In this document: one piece after another, positions 1 through 13,071 of the stretch
Layout of the letters: each line of letters starts with the position of its first letter
Position numbering within the stretch: position 1 is the stretch's first letter
Source: Eledone cirrhosa
Taxonomy: Eukaryota
Length of the DNA: 64,000 nucleotides
Assembly: GCA_964016885.1 (NCBI GenBank)
Contig: OZ024740.1
Span: 294,686,001 to 294,750,000 of the forward strand
Direction of reading: 5' to 3'
The notes under the pieces: generated by a model
What the model was told of the DNA's origin: nothing
Seen by the model: the letters and a program-made list of their open reading frames with translations, nothing else
Databases searched by the model: none
Position numbers and translations under genes: made by a program

Positions 1-261
1 TAAATGTAGATAATATTAATCTATTGCAATTAATTAACTATTAATATAGATATAAAACGAAAACTTTAATGCTTACATTCTAAACTGTATTGCCAAAAAT
101 ATTTAAAAATATTTTCCTATAAGAATTGAAAAAAACATTTGTAAAATAACATTATTATCAAATATTTTCTGATTAAACAATTTGTCATGACAATATGAGT
201 CTTTAAAAAAAACGAACTTAATTATAACGTGTGTGTGTGTGCATGCATATATTATATATAT

Positions 262-870
262 ATATTATTCAAAATATGAAGACGTTGACATAATCAAATT
301 ATATATATTTCAGAGGTACTGTGCTGTTTTTTCAGTACGTCCTCATCAGATAAAATATATGAATTGATGTATGACATACTTCAACTGTCTTGATGGTTCA
401 ATTCCAGTATTGGCAGTGATTTATTACAACAAATCTCAATATTTATATACACAAATAATAACATGATAAACTTAAATATGATGAAGAAGAAGATGTGGAG
501 CGAGATATAAGTATAAGGAGAGGGTGAGTATGAGAAAATGTAAGAAGAAATAAATAAATAAATTTATTTATTTCTTCTTACATTTTCTCATACTCACCCC
601 CTCCTTATATCTCGCTCCACATCCTCTTCTTCATCATATTTAAGTTTATCATGTTATTATTTGTGATATATAAATATTGAGATTTGTTGTAATAAATCAC
701 TGCCAATACTGGAATTGAACCATCAAGACAGTTGAAGTATGTCATACATCAATTCATATATTTTATCTGATGAGGACGTACTGAAAAAACAGCACAGTAC
801 CTCTGAAATATATATAATAAAACATTTTGATTATGTGAACGTCTTCATTTATTAATATTTTGAATAATAT
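262..870. repeat. Long foldback (inverted repeat, ~300-bp arms, almost no spacer), probably derived from a Penelope-like element end
   Basis: 262-560 is the reverse complement of ~563-870 with a few indels (e.g. cagaggtactgtgctgttttttcagtacgtcctcatcag vs ctgatgaggacgtactgaaaaaacagcacagtacctctg); carries a hammerhead motif. Confidence 0.9.
761..822 (+). ncRNA. Type I hammerhead ribozyme motif
   Basis: ttttat-CTGATGA-ggacgtactg(loop)cagtacctct-GAAA-tatata-TA-ataaaa: stem I ttttat/ataaaa, 10-position stem II with one mismatch, self-complementary stem III. Confidence 0.75.
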
Positions 871-1039
871 TAATAACTCCAGAAAACTTCTTTGTAGAGT
901 GATTTTAATCTATTGTAAAACTATATTCATTGAGTAATCAATGAACCATATTAATCTTTGGTTATATATTATATATATATATATATATACAAACATGTAC
1001 TTCATCATTAGAGAAAAGCAGATGTATGATGATGATGAC

Positions 1040-1105
<66 letters not shown>

Positions 1106-1239
1106 ACAAGTACAATTTCTCCTGGACAAGTAAGAATAGTGGAGTGAAGTAGGCATACCATTGGTAGAGAAATGGATAAAGTAATTGAGGTAGTGAGAGT
1201 AAGTGACAGAGTTAGCTTAGACTTGTCATAGGAAATGCA

Positions 1240-3284
1240 ACAACTGTTATCTCTATATGCCACACTTCAGAGACAAATGAGTAACAAGACCCTTTCTATA
1301 AGGTCCTCTTGTGTATCACTGGGCAGCACCATGATGGCTACTCTGGAGTATATGGTGGCTATGAATATGATATGAATAAGGATTATAGATCCTGGAGTTC
1401 TCTGATGCAAATGACTTAATAATCTGCAACACTAATTTCAGAAAAGTGATGATGAATACTATGTCTTACTCTGGAGAAGGATGCACCACACAACACAGTT
1501 TAGTGATTAGTGACTTTAGATTAAGATGTACTCATAGATGGACTTATACACAAGACAATCGGGAAAAAGATGGTGTGGAAACTGAAAGATTTGTCTATAA
1601 ACCTATAGATATAGGTCCTCTAGATAAAGTGTATGATGAAAAGGAGGAGGAAACAGACTTATTATACAGAGGACAACTAGGAATTTCTACAATAACACCA
1701 GCTGCTGGCCATGACTGAGATCTGTAGTTGAAGCAAGGTAGCAACTAGATGAAAGGCGACATGATGGAGAAATAGTATTAAAGCCATAAAAAGTAAAAGC
1801 AGGCCTATAAAGGATTAAAGAAAAAGGCCAGCAAAAGACTATAATGTAGCTAGGGAAAAAAATAGACATCAGGCTTTCATAGTATGCTGTGAGGTTGAAA
1901 GCAAGAGGCTTGCCAATGTTCAGCAGCAAGAGAATCTGAAACATGAGGTGTTTTAGATTGCATGTTAGTGTGATGGTAGTGGAAAATTGTGTTTGGGATG
2001 ACAATGGCAAACTGATAGTGAGAAATGTTATTTTGAGTGGTTGCTGAATATAAAGAATGTGTGAGAGGACGAACTACTTCAGGTAGAAACCTGCTACTGA
2101 AATTGAGAGAATGTGAGAGGAAGATGGACTATCTCAGGTAGAAACCTGCTACTGAAATTGAATGCGAGAGGAAGATAGACCACCTCAAGTAGAAACCTGC
2201 TATTGAAATTGAGAGTTATATCATGGAAATGGTCATTAAGGATATGAATGCAGGAAAAGCTGCCCCACCATCAAGGATAGTCACTGAGAGACAGCCTTTG
2301 ATAGGATATCTCACTTTGTACTCTGGTGTTCTATTAAGAAATTAGGTATAGATAAATGGCTTGTGAAAATGGTGAAAGACATACAGGAAAGTTGTCATTG
2401 TGAGAGTTGTAAATGAGTTCAGAGAAATTTAGTGTCTATTAAAGCTTAATTTCCAGCCCCACTCCTATTTATTATAATGTTCTAGGCCATAATAGAAGAG
2501 TTTCAGATTTGCTGTTTGTGGGAACTCCTCTATTTTGATGACCTAGTACTTCTAGCCGAATTTGTAAAAATTTAAAGAATAAAACACAGTTGTGGAAATG
2601 AAATCTAGAATTGAAATGCTTCAAAGTAAACTTAAGAAAGACTAAAGCAAGAAAAAAGACAAGGATTCTGCTGTATCAGGAAAATGGTCAGGTTCAATAT
2701 GTAGTGGTTTTCATACAGAGTATCTAATGTAAACTATTAGCATACAAGAAGCACAGCAGAATCATAGGCAAGCTGACAGAGAAGGTAGGTTTTATATGTA
2801 GTTTAGCAGTAAGAGTACCAGCAAAATAAATTCTATCCAATGCTTGGAAGGTTTAGAATCAATAGTTTCTTTTATCTAAGTGATGTAATTAGCAGCAGAG
2901 GTGAGTCTTCCAAAAATATAGTATCCAGAATATGAACTGTTGGTGGAGGGTAGATTTTATGATGCTTGTGTATGAAATATTATATTGAATGCAGAGGATA
3001 AGTAAAGGGTGAGAAGAAATGAAGTATTATCCATTGGAAGTGTAATGTTAGTGTTTAAGAACAAGACACAGAACTGAGAAAAAAAACTGGGAATAATAGA
3101 AACAAGATGTAGTATTGTATGGATGGTGACAGGTGGTTAAAAATATCCAGAGAAGTGCTGGAAGTTGACCACAGAATGTTGAATCTCATAAAGGAGATGA
3201 CAAATGAACATGATAAGAGATGAATGAAATGCAGCGGTAAAGAGAAAAAACATAAAAATTATGATATCATCATCACCGTAAATG

Positions 3285-3290
<6 letters not shown>
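1240..3290 (+). mobile_element. Highly degenerate RTE-clade LINE fragment
   Basis: Broken peptides TTQHSLVISDFRL, ..AIIEEFQICCLWELLYFDDLVL.. and gatgcttgtgta match the better-preserved RTE copy at 6480-7857; internal ~55-bp triplication at 2040-2215. Confidence 0.7.
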
Positions 3291-3322
<32 letters not shown>

Positions 3323-3726
3323 ATCATCATCATCATTTAACATTTGCTTTTCCATGCTGATATATATATATATATAGATGCATGCTTTTGCCTACTCCTA
3401 GTCTTTGGCATAAAACTTTCCACTATTTATGTCTGTCATAAGTTACATCTCTAGAGGAGCTTACATTTACTGTTAATAACTAGGAGAGAGAGAGAGAGCA
3501 AAAAGAACTGAGGTGAAAATAACTTCTGAAGCCATGTCCCCTTTCTATATTATATAGTTATAATTCGTTGTTCATCATATATCCAAATAAGGCACTTGGT
3601 CTTTGTTTTTCATATATTTTAAACATATTTTGTTACTTGGAATCTGAAGAAATAGCTATTTAAAATATCTGACAAGACTATAACATTTAAAACAACTAAC
3701 TTCCTCTATTAATCCTCTACAATATA

Positions 3727-3941
3727 TTAACCCTTTAGCATTTAAACCGGCCATATCTGGCCAGAATTCTCTTACCTCTTTCTGTTCAAACCAGCTGTAA
3801 CTGGCCACTCATACTTATATTAAGGTATTGTTCTGAAAATAAATATCAAAATCTCATAGATTCGATATTATGTGAAATAAAGCCTTTACTGCAAAAATAC
3901 AATAGTATATATGTTGAGTAATGTAAATGCTAAAGGGGTAA
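3727..3941. mobile_element. TTAA-flanked (piggyBac-like) MITE, family A
   Basis: Termini ttaaccctttagcattt ... aaatgctaaaggggtaa; related copies at 27136, 39873, 43667. Confidence 0.75.
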
Positions 3942-5180
3942 TCCTCATTCTTTCCACAAACACATTACATTATTCTGAGTGTAGAACACTTGATTTTGTT
4001 TTTGTAGAAATCTCTATAAGATTAAGAGGATGGAACATAAGTTGTTTAAGAAATAACTCTGGTCTAAAGGATTTTACAGCAGTTTTCAGTTGTCCTGTTG
4101 ATATTCAATAACTGAACATGAAATTGTAAAATCTAGGATTATTATTCTTATTTAAAATTAAATTTTTTCAATCATAGGAATTTTGTGAACTGAAGAGAAA
4201 TTTCATTAAATGCTTAATAAAATGAGAGAAACCTTAATTTTTTGTTTTTCACCTAAATATGGAAAGGAACCAATCATTAGATTGGACAGTGGAAATAGAC
4301 TATCAACTGGTTAGTCTAGGAATCAAACCCACAACCTTATGATCATGAGTCTAATACACTAACCACTAGTCCACATGCCTTCAACAATATAAAACGTTTA
4401 TAATCTTGTATGAACTAAATTTTTAGAACTACTGCAAATAATGTAAAGGCAGGAGTTTATGATAGTAACAGTAGTTGCACTTTCTGAGATAAAATATAAA
4501 ATAGCACTGAGTAAAAGAACAAAAATGACAACTGAAACAGATAAACAGTTAAAAACCCGTTTTTTTCTGTGTATTGGCAGTAGTGGATTAAACTTGCTTG
4601 GTTCCTGGCAGACATTTTAATGGAGTCCTTGCATATTATTTACGATAGCCCCAAAATTAATTAGAGCCACCTTTAAATATTGCAGGGTCAAGTCAGCCTC
4701 CCACCTCAATCTGCCACTGTGTATCGGAATAAGATACATAAATTAATTTTATCTACAGAAAAATTTGCTTCTGAAACCATAAGGATTGCATTGTAACATA
4801 ATTTAAAAATTTTCTAAAAATATAAGTTTTATTATTAAAAGTAAAATATTTGACAGCAACCTACCACATCTGTTCAACATTTGTTAATGAAGTGAAAATG
4901 GAAAAGTTCAAGAACATTGGTAAGAAAATGTTCATAAGGATGCTTCAAAGAAATAAAAATTATTAATTAAAAATTGGCACATAGGATAAAGTATTCCATT
5001 ATGCAAGCAGTTAAAAAAAAACTTTCATACATATTTAGATTAAGGCATATATTACTGAGATCAACAAACAAGGTGTACAGGTGAACAAACGTTTTAGAGA
5101 AATAATACTACCAATTTCCAGGTTATCCATCTATCTCTCTTTCTCTCAGTATATATTATATATTGCAAAATTCAGTACAA

Positions 5181-5221
5181 CTATTACTCTGAGTTTGGTG
5201 CTACGAGCAATCTTCAGATAA
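5181..5221 (-). ncRNA. Degenerate hammerhead-like motif
   Basis: Minus strand ttat-CTGAAGA-ttgct(cgt)agcac-cAAA-ctc(a)gag-TA-atag; the G of GAAA is replaced by C. Confidence 0.35.
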
Positions 5222-5407
5222 GAAGACCACTCCCATTTAATGGGATACTTGGAAAGTTATGTTAAGTTTTTTTCCCTTGAAATATATATTCACATTATTT
5301 TTTAAAATATTTAATACTCTTCTTTATTTTCCAACCATAAAAAAGAGCTATACTATACACACACCAACGCACAAAAGTTATACAATTGTATAGTAAAAGG
5401 TATTTAG

Positions 5408-5438
<31 letters not shown>

Positions 5439-6368
5439 ATATTTCTTTTGTGATCCAAAGTGCTAATTGACATGATCATCATCATTTAACGTCTATTTTC
5501 CATGCTAGCATGGGTTGTTAATAGCAATTAAAATAGTAATAAAATATAGAAAAATTTAAAAAGAAATGTCAAAAGCAGGATAAAAGTGATATTGAAGATA
5601 GACACAAAAATAAATATTTCAATGATATAGGGTATTTAACAATTGCAATCAATTATTTAATAATGTTAAAGCATTTTTTTTTTATAGATTTAAAACATGG
5701 AAAACTTAGGCTTAATAACCAGCGTTTAGATAAGGCACAATATCTACATATCTGGGTAAGATGAAATGTTAGAATTACGCATACAAAATTCTAATGAATA
5801 AGTACCAAAGATTCTATAGTAAAAATATATGTAATGATTGAATTTTTACCATTTCTTCAAAACTCATCATTCAAATTATATGATTCAGTTTACAATCTGA
5901 TTTACAGTTATATTCACAGTGTACCTAAGGGTGTTAGTTTTACTTTACAAATAAAATTTCACAAAGCAACATTAGTAGTTGTTTGCCAGCACCATTTTTA
6001 TCAAATGTTACACACACATGCACACACTTTTCTTTTTAAACAATTGTAACATTGGATGTTGAAGTAAATTTATAAAAAAATTTTAAACATAAAAAAATGT
6101 TATAGATGACTTTGAAAGAAGGAAAAACTAAATATTCCAACCATTAGAATTATCAAAATAAAATGCAGATAATATATGAAATGTGCACTCAGTTAAGTAT
6201 TTCAATAATTGTTTAACTGATAATAAATCTGAAAAATATGTTTTCAATTTGATGCTCATTTCCAATACCTAATTTCAAACTTTCAGAAATGAGAATACAT
6301 TTTTCCTCTTAGTATATACCCACCCCCATAAAAAAAAGTGAAACACTTATAACAAAATTCCTACACAA

Positions 6369-6408
<40 letters not shown>

Positions 6409-6479
6409 CACACACATATTCTGTGAAACATTTACAATACTTTTTCAAAAGTCAAAAATAATTTTAACTGCAGGACCAC

Positions 6480-7857
6480 ACATCTGATTCCCCACTTTTC
6501 CCTGCTTGCAAGGGTTGGACAGGTCCTATTCAGCACAGCATCTCTCCACTTGTCACGGTCCTTCGTCATCTCCTCCGTGAGTTTCAGCGATCTGAGGTCT
6601 GCTCTCACCACCTCCGCCCATGTTTTTCATGGTCTACCTCTACTAGGATTTCTTGGCACTTCCTTACCCAGCGGTCATCCTCCATGCGCATCATATGTCC
6701 ATACCATCTCAGTCTTCTCTCCCGCACACCACAACTTATCCCTTTTATATCCAGTTTCTTTCTCAACTCATCCATGCTTGGTCACGCACATTGACATTGC
6801 ACATCCAACGGAGCATACTTGCTTCATTTCTCTCCAGCCGTCGCACATCCTCTGCAGTTACTGCCCATGTCTCACTACCATGCAGCATCGCGCATCTCAC
6901 ACAGGCATCATATAACCGTCCTTTCGTACACAGGGAGAAACCCTTCTTTGTCAACAGAAGAAGCAGCTCCCTAAACTTCTTCCAACCCGTCCTGATTCTA
7001 GATACTATGACCTCGGAACTCCCCTCCCATGCTAATTTGATCACCTAGGTACTGGAAGCTATCAATCACTTCTATTGAACCCACCTGCATTGGGAAAATG
7101 TGTATCACTGCGATTACTACTGCCAACTTTCCCTGTACATCTACTGCATACGTAGTTTTCCCTACCCGTTAGTTTGCCTGCTATCCCACTACATCTCTTG
7201 TGTACCCAAGATCTGCATTGCGTACATTTTATGGAATTTATGCCAGTTCCTTTCCTACATATCGAACATGACCATTTCCCTGATGGAATTAGAGTATTGT
7301 CCTCTCTTCTACTTATCAACACTTTTGTCTTAGCTATGTTCACTCCCAGTCCTCTTGATTTCAACTGTTGTTTCCATAGCCAGAATTTATTCTCTATCTC
7401 CTCTACTGATTCTGCTATAAGAACCAGATCATCAGCATAGAGAAGTTCCCATGGGCATCCAGTCTTAAACTCCTCTGTTATGGCTTGGAGGACTATAATG
7501 AACAAGAGCGGTCTGAGGACGGAACCCTGATGTACACCTACTTGTATCTGGAATTCCTCACTAAACTCCATTCCTACTCTTACTTTACTGACAGCACCCC
7601 TGTACATAGCTTGCACTGTCCTCACAAGCCATTCCTCTACATCTAGTTTCCTTAGGGACCACCAAATGACAGATCGGGGCCTTCTCTAGGTCAACAAAAG
7701 CTAAGTATAGTGGTTTATTCTTCTCTAAAAATCTCTCTTGTAGTTGCCTCACTAAGAAGAGGGCATCTGTTGTACTTTTCCGAGGCACAAAACCAAACTG
7801 CATTTCATCTAATTTGACCCTTTCTCTAATCAGTTGCGCTAATATTCTCTCTGCCAC
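6480..7857 (-). mobile_element. 5'-truncated RTE-clade LINE (RT C-terminal half, frameshifted)
   Basis: ORFs 7857-7585 (QFGF..STTDA..AFVDLEKA), 7625-7062 (GVHQGSVL, LLYADDLVL, Cys-rich CSIC..CTQC..HKRC..CSRC), 7044-6763 (LYDACVRCAMLHGSETW) and a downstream W.GH-type/GRPRKTW segment. Confidence 0.92.
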
Positions 7858-8641
7858 TTTTCTTTTTGAAATGCTTTCTAATGAAATTAATCTAGAATAT
7901 TTGTAAAAAATGAATACTAAATAATGATTACTAACAAAATGTAAGAAATAATTTTCTTTTACACATGACGTAAATTAAATCTACATAGTTGACAGTAGTT
8001 GAATATAAACTTGAACACTAGACTAGTTGTATCTGAAGAAAGTTAGAAAATCCCTTTGAGAATAATTTTAACAAAATCTAAATGAAGGCTCACAATGATG
8101 TGGAGAAAAATGGAAATTTGCAGCATTTACATGTTTCCCAAGGATAGTAGCACCTCCTCCTTCACAAAAAGAGAGTAGCACCCCTTCTTCACAAAAAGAC
8201 TAGCTCATGGATTTCACTGAAACAACTACACTATCAGACAAGCTAGTTAATAAAAGCAAGTCATTAAATTTAGACTTACAATATTTCAGTCAAGTAATAT
8301 CCAGTATTGTCAGGATAATAATGCTTCTTTTTCTTCTTTATGTAAGGTTAAGATAAACATTTACACAATAGTGCTATAAGGATATCACAACATTATACCT
8401 TGAACAGGCTGAGCAATTATGTATCTCTTGATGGAAAACGGTGTATTCACACTATCAGATATATCCACAAGTAGGGAATTGATTCAAATAAGAATTCAAA
8501 ACATAAATCCAGTGGTTATTGTTGTAATACGCCTCAGAAAAAAAATAGGAATCAGCAGTTGGTACTTTGTAGTTAAATATCCTCAACTAAAATCATCAAC
8601 TTGTAGTAATCTTTCATCAAAAGCTCACATCATGTGTGAGG

Positions 8642-8675
<34 letters not shown>

Positions 8676-9286
8676 ATTCTGCAATGAAACATTTCTGATA
8701 TCACAATTTAGTTTCTTCCATTCAATACCTCAAAAGTTTATAATTATCTTTTATATGAAGGCTAAGTTTCAGATTTTAAAACAGATTTTTAAAAATGTAA
8801 AGTATATTATTAACTCAGCCAACTTTTCATTTACATAATTTTATAGAAAATCAACGTTTTCATTTTAAATTAGATAAAAAATACACTATACATACACACA
8901 AAAAAATATGTATGTGTACTCACACACACAGGCATACAAATATAAAGACATGCATACATGCATATGTTATAACTTGCATATCACTTGGAGAATAGGAAGC
9001 ATGCAACCGATTTAAAATTTCTTAGGCACTTTCTGGTCTGGTATAAACTTAAAAATAAATTTATAGAGAAATATAATTTATACAACTGAGCACATTTCTT
9101 AAGTTGCACATTATTATTAATATTTTTTAGTGCAATATGAAGTCTGTTCATGAAAAAAAAATGTTGAAATTTTGGTAATGAAATCTTAGATAAAAATACC
9201 AATAAACGTTTGCTAATAGTATTTAAAAACCGGTTTCAAGACAGGAGTTTATCATAAGATTAGAAAGAAACAATAGAGGATACAGC

Positions 9287-9528
9287 TCATATTGTCATAA
9301 TTTCATAAAGAAGAGGATTTTCTCTGAAAACAGCCCATTCAACCTTCATTGAATGTATAAGCTTAACATTCCATTCTGTAAGAGTTCGTAATGACATAAG
9401 ACGGTCAAAAATTTTTGCAAGACGTTGTTTACTTGAAGGGTCCCTCTGAGTCAAAAAATAGTCAAGACAATTGACTAATTTCAGTTGAATTTCTTCAACT
9501 TTCTTTGGTTCCTCAAGAGTGCACCTAT
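9287..9528 (-). CDS. Nuclear receptor (NR1-like), last coding exon: LBD helices 9-12 and stop
   Basis: Acceptor ttttctttccag, phase 1; (D)RCTLEEPKKVEEIQLKLVNCL...RLAKIFDRLMSLRTL...NPLLYEIMTI*; AF-2-like PLLYEIM. Confidence 0.93.
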
Positions 9529-9695
9529 CTGGAAAGAAAAAAAGAGAATGCAATTGAATACACTAGTTTTAAAATAACAAAATGAATCACAGGTTGAACA
9601 CATTAGGATTATCATATTTCTATTCCTTATAAAACAATTGTTGGCCAGCATGTTTGTACTCCAGAAAAGACAGGGTTGATCGTTTCAAGAATCTA

Positions 9696-10152
9696 TTAAC
9701 TCTTAACAACCTAATCATAATGAAATTATTGTGTACAGTGCTCAGGTGCACTACAATTCATCAAAGGTGCATGTATAGTACATACAATAATGTACAAATG
9801 TCAGGAAAGCAAACAGTGTATGAGTCATGATATACATGTGTGAGTGTGTTTGGAGGGGGAATATCAGGAAGCATGGCGGTTTTAAAGGATGCAGTGACTC
9901 AGCAGCTAAGAACTGATGCAGGTAGTTGTTCCAAAGTGGTTTCACAGAAAATATCTAAAAATGGGTTTGTTAATTCAAATGTTTAGAGTATCTTTACCAG
10001 TAGACAAATTGTTGTGAACATTTACAGTATTAAAAGTAAAGATTAATAGTCTTTACTTTTAATATTGTATAGACTCTAATGTGATGTCATAGTTCTGTTT
10101 TATACTTTTTCAATAATGTTTTTGCTATGATGATGAGGATGTTAAGAGTTAA
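9696..10152. mobile_element. TTAA-flanked MITE, family B
   Basis: Inverted termini ttaactcttaacaacct / aggatgttaagagttaa; internal cagaaaatatctaaaa..gtttgttaattcaaatg shared with 53951-54151. Confidence 0.6.
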
Positions 10153-10432
10153 TAGAATTTCTTATGTGTAATCTCTGTTCATCATTTGGAATGCTTAAAA
10201 TATCTATGACTTTAATAATGAATTGTCTCTCTCACACACAAACACAATTAGTTAAAGAAGAACACTAGGTACATTATGCTCCCAGGTTTGAGGAACATTT
10301 CAACAGGATTTAATGCCTCAACTTAGTTCTTTTTTTTCTGGAATTTGTAAAAATAGGAATCAAACAGTACACTAGGAGACCAGCTGGTACAGAAAATCTA
10401 TTTTAAAAAAGATAATGCAATTATCAACTCAC

Positions 10433-10657
10433 CAACTGACATAATACTAATAGCCTGTATCAAACCAATTTCATCACAATCCAGGTGTAATTTTTGTAAT
10501 CCTTCACTAAAATGAAATACTGCTTCCAAAAATTCGCGGTCCCATATTCGTGATATTTCTTCAAAATGATAACAAGATCCATTTTGTCCCATTGCTACTT
10601 TCAAAACCGGGTTCAGCATATTAAAGTTGCCAAGATACCAAAATTCAAATCGAGATG
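10433..10657 (-). CDS. Nuclear receptor coding exon: LBD helices 5-8
   Basis: Acceptor ttcttcattttag, donor G|gtgagt, phases 1/1; (A)SRFEFWYLGNFNMLNP...EFLEAVFHFSEGLQKLHLDCDEIGLIQAISIMSV. Confidence 0.92.
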
Positions 10658-10815
10658 CTAAAATGAAGAAAAAAAGATATATATAAAAAAAAAGCTAAAA
10701 CATTTACATATAAAGAAACTTTGAATGGCTTGGGGAAGCTGCACAAATCTTGTACACAGATACTGTTAGTAAGGGGAACTATAGCAGCTGTGTACACAGA
10801 TATTGTTAGTAAGGT

Positions 10816-11548
10816 TGTAGCGAAATCTGTCCACACCTTGACCCCTGGGTGACATTTAACGGTCATTTTGTGGTTTATCTCTTTTTAGGCGTCAACATAT
10901 CTAAGAGTGGATGACCTCTAAAGTTCAACCCTTTGTTCTCAAGGCTTGGAGACAGAGGAAGCAACATAGATAAATAGCCTGCATTATATTAGACCAGGCA
11001 GCAGTTCGGAGCGGTTCTTGATAGAGTAAACATGTAAAACATTTGCTTTCTACAGACTCCTTGGGGTTTTACAGACTCTTACTCTCTCTCTCCTGGTTTT
11101 ACAGACTCTTGCTTTCTCTCTTAGTTTTACAGACTCTTATTACTCTCTCTTTCACTCAATCTCTATCTCTTGGTCTCTCTCCTAACCAAGCCAGTGAAGT
11201 TCATGAAGTTTTCTTGGTAAATACAATTTAATTCTACTTTTGCAAACAAACAAAGACCATAATTATTGTGTATTTTTCGTATAGTTTCGGCGAAAGCTAT
11301 TTTCAATAAATTAATAATATAGCAGATTGGTGTCATCGTGGTTCATTTATATATATTCATTTTCTGCGTGGTCAAGGAACTATCATAGCATCATCATCTT
11401 AATGAACACTTACTTACCTGCACACATGCAACCTCTGGTCACACTGTATCACACAACAGTGACCACATGACATAGCAAGCTACAAGTGAGCACACACATG
11501 CAACAAACAAATCAACACCACAACATGACCCATTAAACAATCGCTATA
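10816..11548. mobile_element. Probable solo LTR inserted into a 40-bp minisatellite
   Basis: Termini TGTAGCGA...TCGCTATA (TG..CA-like), 4-bp duplication aggt at 10812-10815 and 11549-11552, minisatellite units on both sides. Confidence 0.6.
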
Positions 11549-11960
11549 AGGTGAACTATAGAAGCTGTGTACACAGATATTGTTAGTAAGGGGAACTATA
11601 GAAGCTGAGTACGCAGATACTGTTAGTAAGGGGAACTATAGAAGCTGTGTACATATATACTGTTAGTAAGGGGAACTATAAGAGCTGAGTACACAGATTC
11701 TGTTAGTAAGGGGAACTATAAGAGCTGAGTACACAGATTCTGTTAGTAAGGGGAACTATAGGAGCTGAGTACACAGATTCTGTTAGTAAGGGGAACTATA
11801 GAAGCTGTGTACACAGATACTGTTACTAAGGGGAACTACAGATACTGTTACTAAGGGGAACTATAGAAGCTGTGTACATAGATACTGTTAGTAAGGGGAA
11901 CTATAGGAGCTGTGTACACAGATACTGTTAGTAAAAAGAACTATAGAAGCCACAGATATT
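11549..11960. repeat. 40-bp minisatellite (about 10 units; about 2 more at 10735-10815)
   Basis: Unit tgttagtaaggggaactatagaagctgtgtacacagatac. Confidence 0.95.
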
Positions 11961-12189
11961 GTGAGAGCAATGATTTCAGTGAAGAATTTAACATACAAGT
12001 AGGTGTCAATTGGGGCTTGATTCTTTGCTCCCTCCTGTTTATTATAATTCCTTAGGCCATAACAGAGGAATTTTATGGCTGGCTGTCTGTGAGAACTTCT
12101 GTACATCAATAATCCAGTTCTCAAGTTGAATCTATCAAAGTATTAGAGATATGGGAGTCAAACTCCACCATTGATTTGTACTATCACTT

Positions 12190-12468
12190 CTGTTCATTAT
12201 TTACATGAATTGAGAGATTACAGCTTTGATACTATGGGCATGTGGTTAGAATATCAGGAAAGAATTGCTGGACAGATTTTACAGGCAAAACCAACTGGCA
12301 GGAGAGCCAGGGATAAACCCCGAGAAAGATGGTTGGATCACATCCATGAGCTTGGCTGGTCTCATCTGGGGATCTAGCTGGAGACAATTGCTTCTGACAA
12401 GACCCACTGGAAGGAGTGTTTGAGGAATCTGCCCCCTCAACCCTCTCAGGAATAAGTGGAGAAAGAAG

Positions 12469-12470
<2 letters not shown>
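12190..12470 (+). mobile_element. RTE-clade LINE 3' end, second family (copies also ~24660-24960 and ~53300-53560)
   Basis: GHVVRM.QERIAGQIL.AKPTGRR..G.PR.RWLD-type C-terminal RTE peptide followed by a (GAA)n-like tail. Confidence 0.75.
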
Positions 12471-12511
<41 letters not shown>

Positions 12512-12632
12512 TTGACAAAAATAGAGAGTATTCTTAACAGTATATATTTTGCAATATTTTTTCAAAGATTATAAGAGAGGGTATGTTGCTGATAAAGCTA
12601 CCTCTACTGAATTTGAAAGACTTCTAACATAC

Positions 12633-12861
12633 CTTTGATTAAACTGCTCTGGTCACTTATTGTCAAATTCTGAAAACTTGGAATAGATTTAGAAAAATTT
12701 ACAAAACGACGGACATTTTCTTCCATTGATTTGGCATATACTTCCATTAGATGGATTCGGTTATCTAAGTCAATGCCTGTGGAATGGTAGAATGAATGAT
12801 ATTCCTCTTTGGATATTGCTGGTAATTCACCAAACACAGACTCTTTCAGTTTATACTCTTC
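12633..12861 (-). CDS. Nuclear receptor coding exon: LBD helices 2-4
   Basis: Acceptor tctttctag, donor G|gtatgt, phases 0/1; EEYKLKESVFGELP...RRFVNFSKSIPSFQNLTISDQSSLIK matches the F.K.IP.F..L...DQ..L.K NR signature. Confidence 0.94.
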
Positions 12862-13071
12862 CTAGAAAGAAGTAGAAATAACCCAATGAATAAGTTTATT
12901 TATATTTTTGGAGTTTACACTTTAAATATACAGAAAACCTACAACATAAGCCTTCATACCCTCAGTTGAACAATAAATCTAAACTATAATAAAGGAAGGT
13001 CTGCGGGACTGTGTACGGTTTATTTTTTTATCCCGTTAGTAAAATAAGTTGGATTACTTTGAATAAATAAT

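Noticed and set aside
8419-8838. 139-aa plus-strand ORF with poly-Lys
   Set aside because: AT-rich sequence antisense to the probable 3' UTR; the poly-K comes from an A-tract
11549-11960. CRISPR-like regular repeats (also 22135-22313 and 47550-47840)
   Set aside because: Head-to-tail units without unique spacers, no cas genes, eukaryotic context
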